DNA of 44,131 nucleotides. Source: Chloroflexota bacterium (lineage in GTDB: Bacteria; Chloroflexota; DTOL01; JACQYG01). This document shows positions 10,455 to 19,223 of the stretch, piece by piece. Position 1 is the stretch's first letter. Each line of letters opens with the position of its first letter. The stretch spans positions 1 through 44,131 of the forward strand of contig JBFMCB010000003.1 of the NCBI GenBank assembly GCA_040754915.1, written 5' to 3'. Both the position numbers and the translations under genes were made by a program. The notes beneath the pieces were generated by a model. The model did no database searches. It saw only the letters and a program-made list of their open reading frames with translations, and was not told the DNA's origin.

Positions 10455-10650
10455 GGGTGGGTATCGTACCCGCCCTTTATTAATACAGGCGCATTAAATA
10501 AAGCGTCATTGCCAGGGGCGGAGCGACGAAGCAGTCTCAAGGGCCTGTCATTCTTAGCCCAGCGAAGAATCTCTCCTTTCACTGCGAAACGCTTCGCGAA
10601 AGGCGACATAAGACTGAAACATGCTACACGATCGGTCTCACAATGGCAAT
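10455..10650. repeat. Cluster of REP-like palindromic elements between def and sucC
   Basis: Hairpin gggtgggta-tcg-tacccgccc (10455-10475). AT-rich inverted repeat ctttattaat/attaaataaag. Degenerate gtcattgc...gcgacgaagcagtctc and tgtcattcttagc...gcgaagaatctc units resemble the element at 31848-31977. Confidence 0.6.
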
Positions 10651-10686
10651 GTAAAAGCATTCAGTATGTTAGCTAAAGAACCGGTC

Positions 10687-11217
10687 CTAAAGACCCGTCT
10701 CAGCTCTCCCTTGCTCTTGCGGCGGCCGGTAGTGCAGGCTCTCGATGTCCTCCAGGCGGTCCACGAAGAGGATGCCGTTCAAGTGGTCTACCTCGTGCTG
10801 CAAAGCCCGGGCCAGAATCCCGGCGCCCTTGATCTTAACCGTTCTGCCCCGGCGATCCTGGCACCTGACGACCACCGTCTGCGCGCGCTTGACCTCACCG
10901 TAGTAGTGAGGCAGGCTTAGACAGCCCTCCTCCCTGGTATCCTCACCCTCAGCGTGCAGGATCTCCGGGTTAACCAGGACGTAGAGACGGGTCTTCACTG
11001 GGGCGTTCTCTGTCTCATCGCTGAGGGGGGCCTCAACCACCGCCAAGCGGAGGGGCACCCCGATCTGAGGTGCAGCCAGCCCCAGGCCATTGGCCGCATG
11101 CATGGAATCAACCATATCGGCGATGAGCTTTTGTAAGGAATGATCGAAGTGTTTGACCTTTTGTGATTTCTGTCGCAGCAGCGGGTTCTCGGCATGAAGT
11201 ATAGTGTGTACTGCCAT
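10687..11217 (-). CDS. def: Peptide deformylase
   Basis: GLGLAAPQIG, EGCLS and QHEVDHLNG motifs. ATG at 11217 (MAVHTIL); alternative start 11232. Confidence 0.96.
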   Translation of the reverse strand: MAVHTILHAENPLLRQKSQKVKHFDHSLQKLIADMVDSMHAANGLGLAAPQIGVPLRLAVVEAPLSDETENAPVKTRLYVLVNPEILHAEGEDTREEGCLSLPHYYGEVKRAQTVVVRCQDRRGRTVKIKGAGILARALQHEVDHLNGILFVDRLEDIESLHYRPPQEQGRAETGL

Positions 11218-11232
11218 TGGTTCTAAGATCAC

Positions 11233-11469
11233 CTATTTGTTCTCGGCGGCAGCGCCCATGCGGGTGGTGTGCCCGGGACCACGAGATATGAATTTCTTGA
11301 TACGGCGCTCCAGGGTGCTTCTGGGGAGCAGAATGCGGCGCTGGCACTTGCAACATTTCAGGCCGATGTCAGCGCCCAGTCTCACTACCAGCCATTGGTC
11401 GCTGCCACAAGGATGGCTTTTTCGCAACTGCACGATGTCGTCCAGGAAGAGTTCCATTACCGGCTGCAT
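11233..11469 (-). CDS. DUF951 family small protein (YyzM-like)
   Basis: [40 protein letters not shown] is the DUF951 signature. ATG 11469 has an upstream GGTGG. The longer ORF extension overlaps polA and is rejected. Confidence 0.9.
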   Translation of the reverse strand: MQPVMELFLDDIVQLRKSHPCGSDQWLVVRLGADIGLKCCKCQRRILLPRSTLERRIKKFISRGPGHTTRMGAAAENK

Positions 11470-11494
11470 GGAGCACCACCGCAAAAACCGCCGT

Positions 11495-11523
11495 ATTATA
11501 CCACACCCCGACGCCACTGCCAA
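11495..11523 (-). promoter_or_regulatory. Sigma-70/sigma-A-type promoter for DUF951-def
   Basis: Minus strand TTGGCA (11518-11523), 17 nt spacer, TATAAT (11495-11500), with a TG extended -10. Confidence 0.65.
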
Positions 11524-11553
11524 TTGACAGGCTCTTGCCGAGCGTGTTAAACT
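11524..11553 (+). promoter_or_regulatory. Sigma-70/sigma-A-type promoter for polA-mutM
   Basis: TTGACA (11524-11529), 18 nt spacer, TAAACT (11548-11553), with TG at the extended -10 position. Confidence 0.65.
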
Positions 11554-11625
11554 GAGCGAGGTATGGTTGTTTTTATGTATCGCGATTAGGGGGCTTTTAG
11601 GTAAAAAAGCCGGCGAAGGTGTGAA

Positions 11626-14439
11626 ATGGCAAAGCTGTTGTTGCTCGACGGGAATTCCCTGGTTCACCGGGCTTATCATGCGATCCCACCGCTGACCACC
11701 TCGAAGGGCGAGCAGGTGAATGCAGTGTACGGCTTCGCCTCGACATTGTTCAAGGTGTTGGCTCAGGAAAAGCCTGACTACGTGGCGGTGAGCTTTGATG
11801 TGGGCCGGACGTTCCGCCACGAGGAATTCGACCGATACAAGGCTCAGCGGCCGGAGATGCCCGAGGATCTGGCGAGCCAGTTCGCCCGGGTTCGCCAGGT
11901 AGTGGAGGCCCTTAACATCGCGGTGTTTCAGGCGGAGGGGTATGAAGCCGACGACTGCATAGGCACCCTGGCGGCACAGGCGACCAAAGAGGGGATCCAG
12001 ACCCTGATCGTCACCGGCGACAGCGATGCCCTGCAGTTGATCGACGGCTCGGTGGAGGTGATGACGCCTGGCCGGAAGTACTCAGAGTACGTGGTCTATG
12101 ACCAAGCGGCGGTACGGGAGCGCTATGGGCTGGAGCCAAAACAGCTCATCGATTTCAAGGGCCTCAAGGGCGACGCCTCAGACAACGTTCCCGGCGTGGC
12201 GGGCATCGGTGAGAAAACCGCTGCCCGGTTATTGCAACAGTTTGGTTCAGTCGAGGGGATATACGAGCACCTGGACCAGGTGGATGCCAAAACCAGGGAA
12301 AAGCTGGAGGCGGGACGAGAGGCTCTTGCCTTTAGCAAAAGGCTGGTGACGATCGTCACCGATGCCCCGGTGAAGCTGGATTTAGCCGCCTGTCATGTGA
12401 GCGGCTATCAGCGGGAGCGGGCGGTGGAGTTGTTGCGAGAGCTGGAGTTCTCCAGCCTTTTGGGCAAGCTCCCATCCGAGCAAGAGGCCGCTGCCCCTCA
12501 GGCAGCGCTATTGGCTGAAGCGCCTGGCAGGGAGGCCGCGGTGCCGGCCGTGCCTCTGCAGATGGAGCTTTTCGCTGAACCGGCCCCCGCCGCACCGCCC
12601 CGATCGGTGGCAACGCTGCCGGGGCCCGTGGGGGCACGTCCTAAATCGCTGGTGCAGTATCACGTTGTGGACTCCTGGTCGGAGTTGGAGGGGTTGGTCG
12701 CTAAGCTGGCCCAAGCCCGGTCTTTTGCGGTGGATGTGGAGAGCACCGACCGGCAGGCCATGCTGGCCGACCTGGTGGGCCTGGCGGTGGCGGTGGATGG
12801 CAATGAAGCCTATTACATCCCCTTGCGACATCGGGGCACGGACCAGCAGTTGCCGGCACAGCCCGCCCTTTCTAAGCTGAAACCGGTGCTGGAGGAGGAA
12901 AAAATCCCTAAGTATGCCCACAATGGCAAATACGATATGTTGGTGTTGGCCCAGGACGGCGTGCAACTTAAGGGTCTGGCCTTCGATACCATGGTAGCGG
13001 CGTATCTTTTGAACGAGAAGGCTCTGGGGTTAAAAGATTTAGCCTTCACCAGGCTTGGCGTGGAAATGACGCCCATCAGCGCCCTTATCGGCGGTGGCAC
13101 CAGGCAGTTGTCCATGGCCGATGTGCCGGTGGAGGCGGTGGCTCCCTATGCCAGCGCTGACGCCGCCATGACCTATCGGCTTAAGGAATACCTGGAGCCC
13201 AGGCTCCAGGAACAGGGGCTTTGGCAGCTTTTTGCCGAGGTGGAAATGCCCCTGGTTGAGGCGCTGGCGAGGATGGAGCTGGACGGCGTGGCCCTGGACG
13301 TTGAATTCCTCAAGCAGATGTCCCGAGAGCTCTACCAACGCCTTCAGCTCCTGGAGAACGAGATATACCGATCTGTCGGGCATGCCTTCAACGTCAACTC
13401 CACCCAACAACTGGGAGCGGTGCTGTTCGATGAGCTGAGGCTGCCCTCGGCCGGCAAGACAAAGACCGGCTACGCCACCGACATGGCGGTGCTGGAAAGC
13501 CTGCGAGGCGTTCATCCGATCATCGATTTGATCCTGGAATACCGCCAGCTGGTGAAGATCAAGTCCACTTACGCCGATGCTCTGCCGCTCCTGGTCAATC
13601 CCAGAACCGGCCGGGTGCATACCTCATACAATCAGACCGTGACCAGCACTGGCCGGCTTTCCTCCAGCGACCCCAATCTGCAGAACATCCCTATCCGCAC
13701 GGACATCGGCAAACAGGTCCGCCGGGCTTTCATCGCCTCGGACGGCGCGCCCTACCTTTTGGCGGCAGATTACTCTCAGATTGAGCTGCGCATCCTGGCC
13801 CACATCTCCCAGGACTCTGGGCTCCTATCCGCCTTTGCTGCTGGCGAGGACATCCACGCCGCCACGGCATCCACGGTCTTTGGCGTGGCCATGGATCAGG
13901 TGGACCCAGCCAAGCGACGGCTGGCCAAGACCATCAACTTCGGCGTGATCTACGGCATCACCGATTATGGCCTGGCCCAACGTACTGAGCTCTCCCGGGA
14001 GGATGCGGCCAGATTCATCGCCGCCTATTTCGCCAAATATCCGAGGGTCAAAGAATACGTGGAGCACACCAAGCAGGAAGCCCGAGAGAGGGGCTACGTG
14101 TCTACACTTTTAGGGCGTCGGAGGTACTTGCCGGAGTTGAAGTCACCGAATCGGCAGTTGGTGGCAGCCACCGAGCGCGAGGCTATCAATATGCCCATTC
14201 AGGGTACGGCGGCGGACATCATCAAGATCGCCATGGTCCGGCTCTACAGGGAGATACAGGGCCGGGGCCTGCGAAGCAAGATGACGCTACAAGTGCATGA
14301 CGAATTGCTCTTCGAGGTGCCGGAGGACGAGCTAGGCATAATGAAAGAGCTGGTCAAGGCCAGGATGGAGGAAGCGTTAGAGCTCGACGCGCCGCTGAAG
14401 GCAGACATAAAAGTGGGCAGGAACTGGGGAGAGCTGTAA
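11626..14439 (+). CDS. polA: DNA polymerase I
   Basis: 5'-3' exonuclease ([25 protein letters not shown]), 3'-5' exonuclease motifs (DVE, HNGKYD, YASAD) and polymerase motifs ([46 protein letters not shown]). Confidence 0.98.
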   Translation: MAKLLLLDGNSLVHRAYHAIPPLTTSKGEQVNAVYGFASTLFKVLAQEKPDYVAVSFDVGRTFRHEEFDRYKAQRPEMPEDLASQFARVRQVVEALNIAVFQAEGYEADDCIGTLAAQATKEGIQTLIVTGDSDALQLIDGSVEVMTPGRKYSEYVVYDQAAVRERYGLEPKQLIDFKGLKGDASDNVPGVAGIGEKTAARLLQQFGSVEGIYEHLDQVDAKTREKLEAGREALAFSKRLVTIVTDAPVKLDLAACHVSGYQRERAVELLRELEFSSLLGKLPSEQEAAAPQAALLAEAPGREAAVPAVPLQMELFAEPAPAAPPRSVATLPGPVGARPKSLVQYHVVDSWSELEGLVAKLAQARSFAVDVESTDRQAMLADLVGLAVAVDGNEAYYIPLRHRGTDQQLPAQPALSKLKPVLEEEKIPKYAHNGKYDMLVLAQDGVQLKGLAFDTMVAAYLLNEKALGLKDLAFTRLGVEMTPISALIGGGTRQLSMADVPVEAVAPYASADAAMTYRLKEYLEPRLQEQGLWQLFAEVEMPLVEALARMELDGVALDVEFLKQMSRELYQRLQLLENEIYRSVGHAFNVNSTQQLGAVLFDELRLPSAGKTKTGYATDMAVLESLRGVHPIIDLILEYRQLVKIKSTYADALPLLVNPRTGRVHTSYNQTVTSTGRLSSSDPNLQNIPIRTDIGKQVRRAFIASDGAPYLLAADYSQIELRILAHISQDSGLLSAFAAGEDIHAATASTVFGVAMDQVDPAKRRLAKTINFGVIYGITDYGLAQRTELSREDAARFIAAYFAKYPRVKEYVEHTKQEARERGYVSTLLGRRRYLPELKSPNRQLVAATEREAINMPIQGTAADIIKIAMVRLYREIQGRGLRSKMTLQVHDELLFEVPEDELGIMKELVKARMEEALELDAPLKADIKVGRNWGEL

Positions 14440-14441
14440 GA

Positions 14442-15263
14442 ATGCCAGAGCTGCCTGAAGTGGAAACCGTGGCCCGCAACTTGCAGAAGACGGTCCTGGG
14501 ACGAACTATCACTCAGGTGCGGGTGCTCTATGGCAAAGCAGTGGAGGGAGCTACGCTGGAGGAGTTCGCCCGTGGCGTGCAAGGACAAAAGATAAGTGGC
14601 GTTGGGCGCAGAGGCAAATATCTATTGATCGATCTGGCCAATGGCCGGAGGTTGGCGGCGCACTTGCGTTTGAGTGGCCGCATGATCGTGTCGGCTCCCT
14701 GGGAGCCCATTGACAAGTACGCCCAGGTCGTATTCGGCCTGGATGATGGTCGGGAGCTACGTTTCGGCGACGTGCGCAAGTTTGGACGGATAGCCTTCTT
14801 GGGAGAGCGAGAGTACAGCACTTTGCACCGCAGGCTGGGGGTCGAGCCCCTTTCCGATGATTTCACGGTGGAGGTGCTGGCCGAGATCCTGAGAGGCCGC
14901 AAGGCCCGCATCAAGCCGCTGCTTTTGGACCAGAAGTTCATCGCCGGCCTGGGCAATATCTACGCGGACGAGGCTCTCTTTTTGGCCGGCATTCACCCCG
15001 CCCGAGAGGCCCGATCCGTTTCGCCGGAGGAGATGGGCCGACTGCATGGTGCCATTCGCCGGGTCCTGGCTTCCAGTATCGCCAACCGTGGCACCACCCT
15101 CGTGGACTACCGAAATGCCGATGGCTCCCGGGGGAATAACCGTGAGACGCTACTGGTCTTCCGCCGCACTGGCCAGCCCTGTCCCCGCTGTGGCACGGCC
15201 GTAGAGCGCCTCAAGCTGGGAGGACGGGGCACGCATATCTGTCCAAAATGCCAGAGCGAATAG
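14442..15263 (+). CDS. mutM: Formamidopyrimidine-DNA glycosylase/AP lyase
   Basis: N-terminal MPELPEVE, RRGKYL, DVRKFG, LLDQKFIAGLGNIYADE (H2TH) and C-terminal zinc finger CPRC...CPKCQ. Confidence 0.97.
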   Translation: MPELPEVETVARNLQKTVLGRTITQVRVLYGKAVEGATLEEFARGVQGQKISGVGRRGKYLLIDLANGRRLAAHLRLSGRMIVSAPWEPIDKYAQVVFGLDDGRELRFGDVRKFGRIAFLGEREYSTLHRRLGVEPLSDDFTVEVLAEILRGRKARIKPLLLDQKFIAGLGNIYADEALFLAGIHPAREARSVSPEEMGRLHGAIRRVLASSIANRGTTLVDYRNADGSRGNNRETLLVFRRTGQPCPRCGTAVERLKLGGRGTHICPKCQSE

Positions 15264-15288
15264 TTTCTGTACTAGTGAAGAAACGGGC

Positions 15289-15621
15289 ATGGCCACGCGA
15301 ACGCGGGGCCCCGGCACTAGCGCTGCTCCGGCAAATCAATGGCGGGTGAGGGTGGCGAGCGAGTGTCTCACTCCCCTGGGCGTTCAATCGGGGGATTTGG
15401 TTGTCGTGGACTTGGCCAGCCATCCCAGAAATGGGGATCTGGTGGTGGCCGTGTCGCCTGAGAGCCAGTTGGTGGTCAAACAATACTTTGAAGAGGGCGG
15501 CCATGTGGTTCTGGCGTCACCTGCCCCTGGCCATCCGGCTACTTTTACCAAGCTGAGCGAGATCGTAATCCTGGGAGTGGTATCCTCGTTCGATCTCTAT
15601 AATCGGCAACAGCGGGTTTAG
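15289..15621 (+). CDS. Stand-alone S24/LexA-UmuD-like peptidase-fold protein with an atypical active site
   Basis: RV..ECL.PLGVQSGDLVVVD...RNGDLVVA...VVKQY..EGGHVVL...IVILGVV matches the LexA/UmuD C-terminal domain pattern. No HTH domain. Confidence 0.75.
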   Translation: MATRTRGPGTSAAPANQWRVRVASECLTPLGVQSGDLVVVDLASHPRNGDLVVAVSPESQLVVKQYFEEGGHVVLASPAPGHPATFTKLSEIVILGVVSSFDLYNRQQRV

Positions 15622-16898
15622 AGGGCCAGTAACCTGGCGAAGCGGTCATCGTTCTCGAGAGGTCCCACCACGGCCAGGTTCAGTTTCTCAGTGACAAAGA
15701 GGCTCTTCGCTACCCGCTGGACGTCGTCGGCGGTGACGGCCTCGATTCTCATGACTACCTCGTCCGGGGTCAAGATCCGGTCAGACAGGAGCTCCTGGCT
15801 CCCAAGCCAGGAGGCGACCGACCGCGAGTCCTCCATCCCCAGGAGCAGTCTTCCCTTGGAGAGTTCCTTGACCTTAGAGAGCTCCTCCGGCGAGACCGGT
15901 GCATCTTTCATGCGGGCCAGTTCACCCAGTATGGCCTGGATCGTATCCACCGCTTTGTTTGGTTCCACGCCGGCGTAGACCACCACCGACCCCGTGTCCT
16001 GAAAGCGATTTACATAAGAATGCACATCGTAGGCCAGGCCCCGTTTCTCGCGGACTTCTTGAAAGAGCCGGGAGCTCATGCCCTCGCCTAGCAGGGTATT
16101 CAGCACCCCCAGGGCGAAGCGCTCTGGATGGTTGAGGGAGAGCCCGGGCACGGCCAGACAGATATGGGCCTGTTGGGTGTCCTTATATTGGATTCGGTGC
16201 CGTGGCTCGGCCTGCACGTCCTTCACCTCCTGCCAGCTTCCGCCCGCGGACGACCGCCAACCGCCCAGGGCTCGATGCAAGCTGTCGACTGCCTGGTCGT
16301 GAGTGACGTTTCCGGCCACACTTACCACGGTGGTGTTGGGGGAATAGTGACGGACAAGATACGCTACCAGGTCTTCGCGTTGAAAACGCGATACGGTCTC
16401 TTTGGTGCCAGCGATGTCTCGGCCCAGGGGATGTTCACCCCAGAGCACCTGGTCGATCAGGAGGGTCACCAGGTCGCTGGGGGTGTCAAAGATGATCTTG
16501 ATCTCTTCCAGGATCACCTTGCGCTCTTTCTTGATCTCCTCCGGGGCAATCTTCGAATTCAAGAGCATGTCCACCAATACATCCAGGGCCAGGGCATAGT
16601 GGGGTTGCGCGACCTTGGCCCAATACACGGTGGTCTCCTGGCCGGTGGCGGCGTTCAATATGCCTCCCACACCCTCGATGGCCTCGGAGATATCTTTCGC
16701 CGTAGGGCGTTTGGCGGTTCCCTTGAACAGCATGTGCTCCAGGAAATGCGAGAGGCCACCCTGCCCGTCCAGCTCGTAGCGGGAGCCCACACCGATGAAG
16801 AAGGCGATACTGGCCGAACGGGTGTGGGGCATCTCCGAGGTCAAAACCCGTAGTCCGTTGTCGAAGACGGTTTTGCGGTAAAACTCAGAGCCTGGCAT
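15618..16898 (-). CDS. M16 (pitrilysin/insulinase) family zinc peptidase
   Basis: GSRYE, HFLEHMLFKGT (HxxEH), NAATGQE, GMSSRLFQEVREKRGLAY. Confidence 0.95.
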   Translation of the reverse strand: MPGSEFYRKTVFDNGLRVLTSEMPHTRSASIAFFIGVGSRYELDGQGGLSHFLEHMLFKGTAKRPTAKDISEAIEGVGGILNAATGQETTVYWAKVAQPHYALALDVLVDMLLNSKIAPEEIKKERKVILEEIKIIFDTPSDLVTLLIDQVLWGEHPLGRDIAGTKETVSRFQREDLVAYLVRHYSPNTTVVSVAGNVTHDQAVDSLHRALGGWRSSAGGSWQEVKDVQAEPRHRIQYKDTQQAHICLAVPGLSLNHPERFALGVLNTLLGEGMSSRLFQEVREKRGLAYDVHSYVNRFQDTGSVVVYAGVEPNKAVDTIQAILGELARMKDAPVSPEELSKVKELSKGRLLLGMEDSRSVASWLGSQELLSDRILTPDEVVMRIEAVTADDVQRVAKSLFVTEKLNLAVVGPLENDDRFARLLAL

Positions 16899-16951
16899 CT
16901 TTTAGTCAATTCCTTGATTTTCAAGACTTAAGCTTGGCATAGCCACCGGCA

Positions 16952-16980
16952 ATCTTACCACAGGGTTGGCCGCGATGCAA
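16952..16980 (-). promoter_or_regulatory. Putative sigma-A-type promoter for the M16 peptidase
   Basis: Minus strand TTGCAT (16975-16980), 17 nt spacer, TAAGAT (16952-16957), with TG extension. Confidence 0.5.
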
Positions 16981-16998
16981 CCAAATAATTGACTATTC

Positions 16999-17007
16999 TG
17001 GTATAAT
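16999..17007 (+). promoter_or_regulatory. Extended -10 promoter element for the zinc-ribbon gene
   Basis: TGGTATAAT about 25 nt upstream of ATG 17031, followed by RBS AAGGAGG. No correctly spaced -35. Confidence 0.5.
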
Positions 17008-17030
17008 TAGCCAAAGAAGGAGGCGGGAAG

Positions 17031-17741
17031 ATGCGCATGCCAAGCTACCGGATTGAGAACGATGGTCAGGGCCCTTATGCCCGGTTTTCGTGCGAGATGT
17101 GCGAGCGGGAGTTTCCCAGCACGCCCATCAGCCTGCCATCGGCAGCGGACCGGACCTCTTTGACACCACGGGAGCTGGCCGAGGCCTGGCAGCAGGTCCA
17201 GGTCAATTTCCGGGAGTGCTCAGCATGTGCCCGGGTGGTATGCGTGTCCAACTTCGATTTTGCCGCGGGTAAGTGCGAGGTGTGTTCCGGGCGACGCCAG
17301 AAAGAGGCGGAGAGATGGATGGGCGCCTTGACCGGACTCGCCAGCGCCTTCGGCCTGGGCATCCCGGCCGCGGCGAGAGGCGGGCAAGCCTGTCCCCAGT
17401 GCGGCAGGCTGGTGACCGAGGGAGCTAGTTTCTGTCCCTCATGCGGCGCCAGGGTCCCGGCGGGAGCGCCGGAGGTCCTGGTTTGTCCGCAGTGCCGGTC
17501 TGCATCGCCTCTGGGAACGAAGTTTTGCCCAGACTGCGGCGGCGTACTTCCGGTGTCAGGGCAAGAGAAAACGGTGACATGTCCCTCCTGCCGTGCGGCC
17601 ATGCCAGAGGGGACGAAATTCTGCCAGGAGTGCGGAGCCAGGATGCCGGTCCCCCAGATCGCGCCCTCGGTCTGCCCACAATGCGGTGAGCCCACCAAAG
17701 GGGCGAAATTCTGCGGCACCTGCGGAACCAGGTTGTTGTAG
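17031..17741 (+). CDS. Multi zinc-ribbon (double zinc ribbon, DZR-type) protein
   Basis: Strong RBS. N-terminal Cys-rich domain (CEMC, CSAC, CEVC) followed by four repeats of CPxC-x(9-10)-FCxxCG. Confidence 0.85.
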   Translation: MRMPSYRIENDGQGPYARFSCEMCEREFPSTPISLPSAADRTSLTPRELAEAWQQVQVNFRECSACARVVCVSNFDFAAGKCEVCSGRRQKEAERWMGALTGLASAFGLGIPAAARGGQACPQCGRLVTEGASFCPSCGARVPAGAPEVLVCPQCRSASPLGTKFCPDCGGVLPVSGQEKTVTCPSCRAAMPEGTKFCQECGARMPVPQIAPSVCPQCGEPTKGAKFCGTCGTRLL

Positions 17742-17773
17742 AGAACGGATCACAATAGGACACTTGTCTAGTT

Positions 17774-17805
17774 AAAGAAACGGCAGCCGGCAGCGGTAGC
17801 TGCCG
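17774..17805 (-). terminator. Putative intrinsic terminator between convergent genes
   Basis: cggcagc/gctgccg stem (left arm present twice) next to aaagaaa, which reads as a U-tract on the minus strand. Confidence 0.45.
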
Positions 17806-17836
17806 ACTGAGCTTTGGCCCTCTGGATTGACTGGAC

Positions 17837-18565
17837 CTAGTGGAACCTGGCGGACCGCAGGATGCGAGCCCGGTTGTGGGCGTGGGGCAGACCCTGGGCG
17901 AACATGTCGGACACCACCGCCTCTACGTCGTAGGCCACCCGATGCCGCTCGAAGTGCCATTTGCCAAGGGCCAGTTCGAAGATCGTATAAGGGGCACGGT
18001 TGTCTCCGTCAAAGGGCAGGCCCACGCTCCCCAGGTTCAGCCAGAGCCGATCGCCGAAGGAGCGATGAAACGCATGGTGGACATGGCCGCAAGCGATGAC
18101 CGCGGCTCGAGTGCTGGTGAGCGCCTCCGAGTACGCCTCATCCTCCGCGGCGGGCCTGATTGTTTCAGAGGTTGACCGGGGCGTGGCATGAACCAGCAGG
18201 AGCTCACCGCCGTCATCCGGGCGTAACGACCAGCAGAAGGGGAGCTGTCTCAGGCACCGCAAGTCCTCGGTCAAAATCATCTCCTTAGCCCACCAGGCCC
18301 AGTCGTCCATGCGTGCCTGGGAATCAGACGACCCATCTTTGGCCCTTGAGCTGGCCTCCACCACCATTTCGTCGGTATTTCCCCTGACGATTACGGCGCC
18401 TAACCCTCGCAGGCGGGCCATGACCTCTCTAGGCCGGGGGCCCCCGAAGACCAGGTCACCCCCAATGGCCATCTGATCTACCGGCTTTTGCTGAGCCAGG
18501 TCAGCCAGGACCGCCTCTAAGGCAGCCAGGTTACCGTGGATGTCCGAGAACATGGCGATGCGCAT
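17837..18565 (-). CDS. Metallophosphoesterase (calcineurin-like, YfcE/MJ0912-type)
   Basis: SDIHGN, GDLV, RGNTD, HATP, GHVH, NLGSVGLPFDGDNRAPY. Confidence 0.92.
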   Translation of the reverse strand: MRIAMFSDIHGNLAALEAVLADLAQQKPVDQMAIGGDLVFGGPRPREVMARLRGLGAVIVRGNTDEMVVEASSRAKDGSSDSQARMDDWAWWAKEMILTEDLRCLRQLPFCWSLRPDDGGELLLVHATPRSTSETIRPAAEDEAYSEALTSTRAAVIACGHVHHAFHRSFGDRLWLNLGSVGLPFDGDNRAPYTIFELALGKWHFERHRVAYDVEAVVSDMFAQGLPHAHNRARILRSARFH

Positions 18566-18622
18566 CTAGCTCACTTCCCTGTGATTCCCAAATGAGTCGT
18601 ATTCGGTGTGTAACCCGTGGGG

Positions 18623-18651
18623 AGTCTACCACCACTTATACAAGCTGTCAA
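18623..18651 (-). promoter_or_regulatory. Sigma-A-type promoter for the metallophosphoesterase
   Basis: Minus strand TTGACA (18646-18651), 17 nt spacer, TAGACT (18623-18628), with TG extension. Confidence 0.6.
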
Positions 18652-18805
18652 CGCGGACTTGGTGACGATGGCACTCTAGCGAGCCTCGGCAGCTTTCCTG
18701 GGTGTGGCAGCACCCCGTGGTTGTACGATTTGCCACAACAGTGTTCAGGCTGGAGCGATGTCCTGGCGCTGAGGTGATTTCTTTCACTGGCACAGCTGAT
18801 CGCCC

Positions 18806-18834
18806 TTGCGGTTTGCAGGCGGTTGAGATATACT
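18806..18834 (+). promoter_or_regulatory. Putative promoter of the zinc-ribbon/copA cluster
   Basis: TTGCGG (18806-18811), 17 nt spacer, TATACT (18829-18834), then a GGAGG-like RBS around 18848-18852. Confidence 0.45.
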
Positions 18835-18863
18835 TGGCCGACAGATTGGAGGGCGTCAACAGT

Positions 18864-19223
18864 TTGGGCACCGTGTGTTTTCCAGTAAAGGCATCATTGG
18901 CCGCCCTTGGCCTTCTGGGCGGCTTGGTGGTGGCCTACAACGCGCTGGGGTCCAGCGGCCTCGCCTCAGGCTGGGCCGGGCAGGGTTGCGCGCAGCATCC
19001 TTTCGTCCTCGGCAATCCCGGCGGCCCGGCAGGCCTGCTCGTGCTACTGTTATCCGCAATAGCGGGCCTCGCTCTTCTCGTGCCCGTGTTGTTGGCGGTT
19101 GGCAGCCTCCAAAGGCGGGATGGCGGCAGGCCTCGGTGTGCCAATTGTGGGAGGAGTCTGGAGCCGGGGTGGCAGGCCTGCCCATATTGTGCGACTCCGC
19201 TTGGGGAAAGTGTCCGACAATGA
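18864..19223 (+). CDS. Small membrane protein with a C-terminal zinc ribbon
   Basis: Two hydrophobic stretches, then CANCGRSLEPGWQACPYC. Start uncertain (TTG 18864 or GTG 18873). The stop overlaps the next ATG (ATGA). Confidence 0.65.
   Translation: MGTVCFPVKASLAALGLLGGLVVAYNALGSSGLASGWAGQGCAQHPFVLGNPGGPAGLLVLLLSAIAGLALLVPVLLAVGSLQRRDGGRPRCANCGRSLEPGWQACPYCATPLGESVRQ

Noticed and set aside
11470-11820. Long N-terminal extension of the DUF951 ORF
   Set aside because: It runs through two promoters and antisense into polA. The DUF951 signature starts near 11469.
16989-17007. TTGACT...TATAAT as a -35/-10 pair
   Set aside because: The spacer is only 7 nt. Only the extended -10 is retained.
18566-18863. 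CsoR or CueR operator upstream of the copA cluster
   Set aside because: No convincing TACC..GGTA-type palindrome and no 19-bp-spacer MerR-type promoter is visible.
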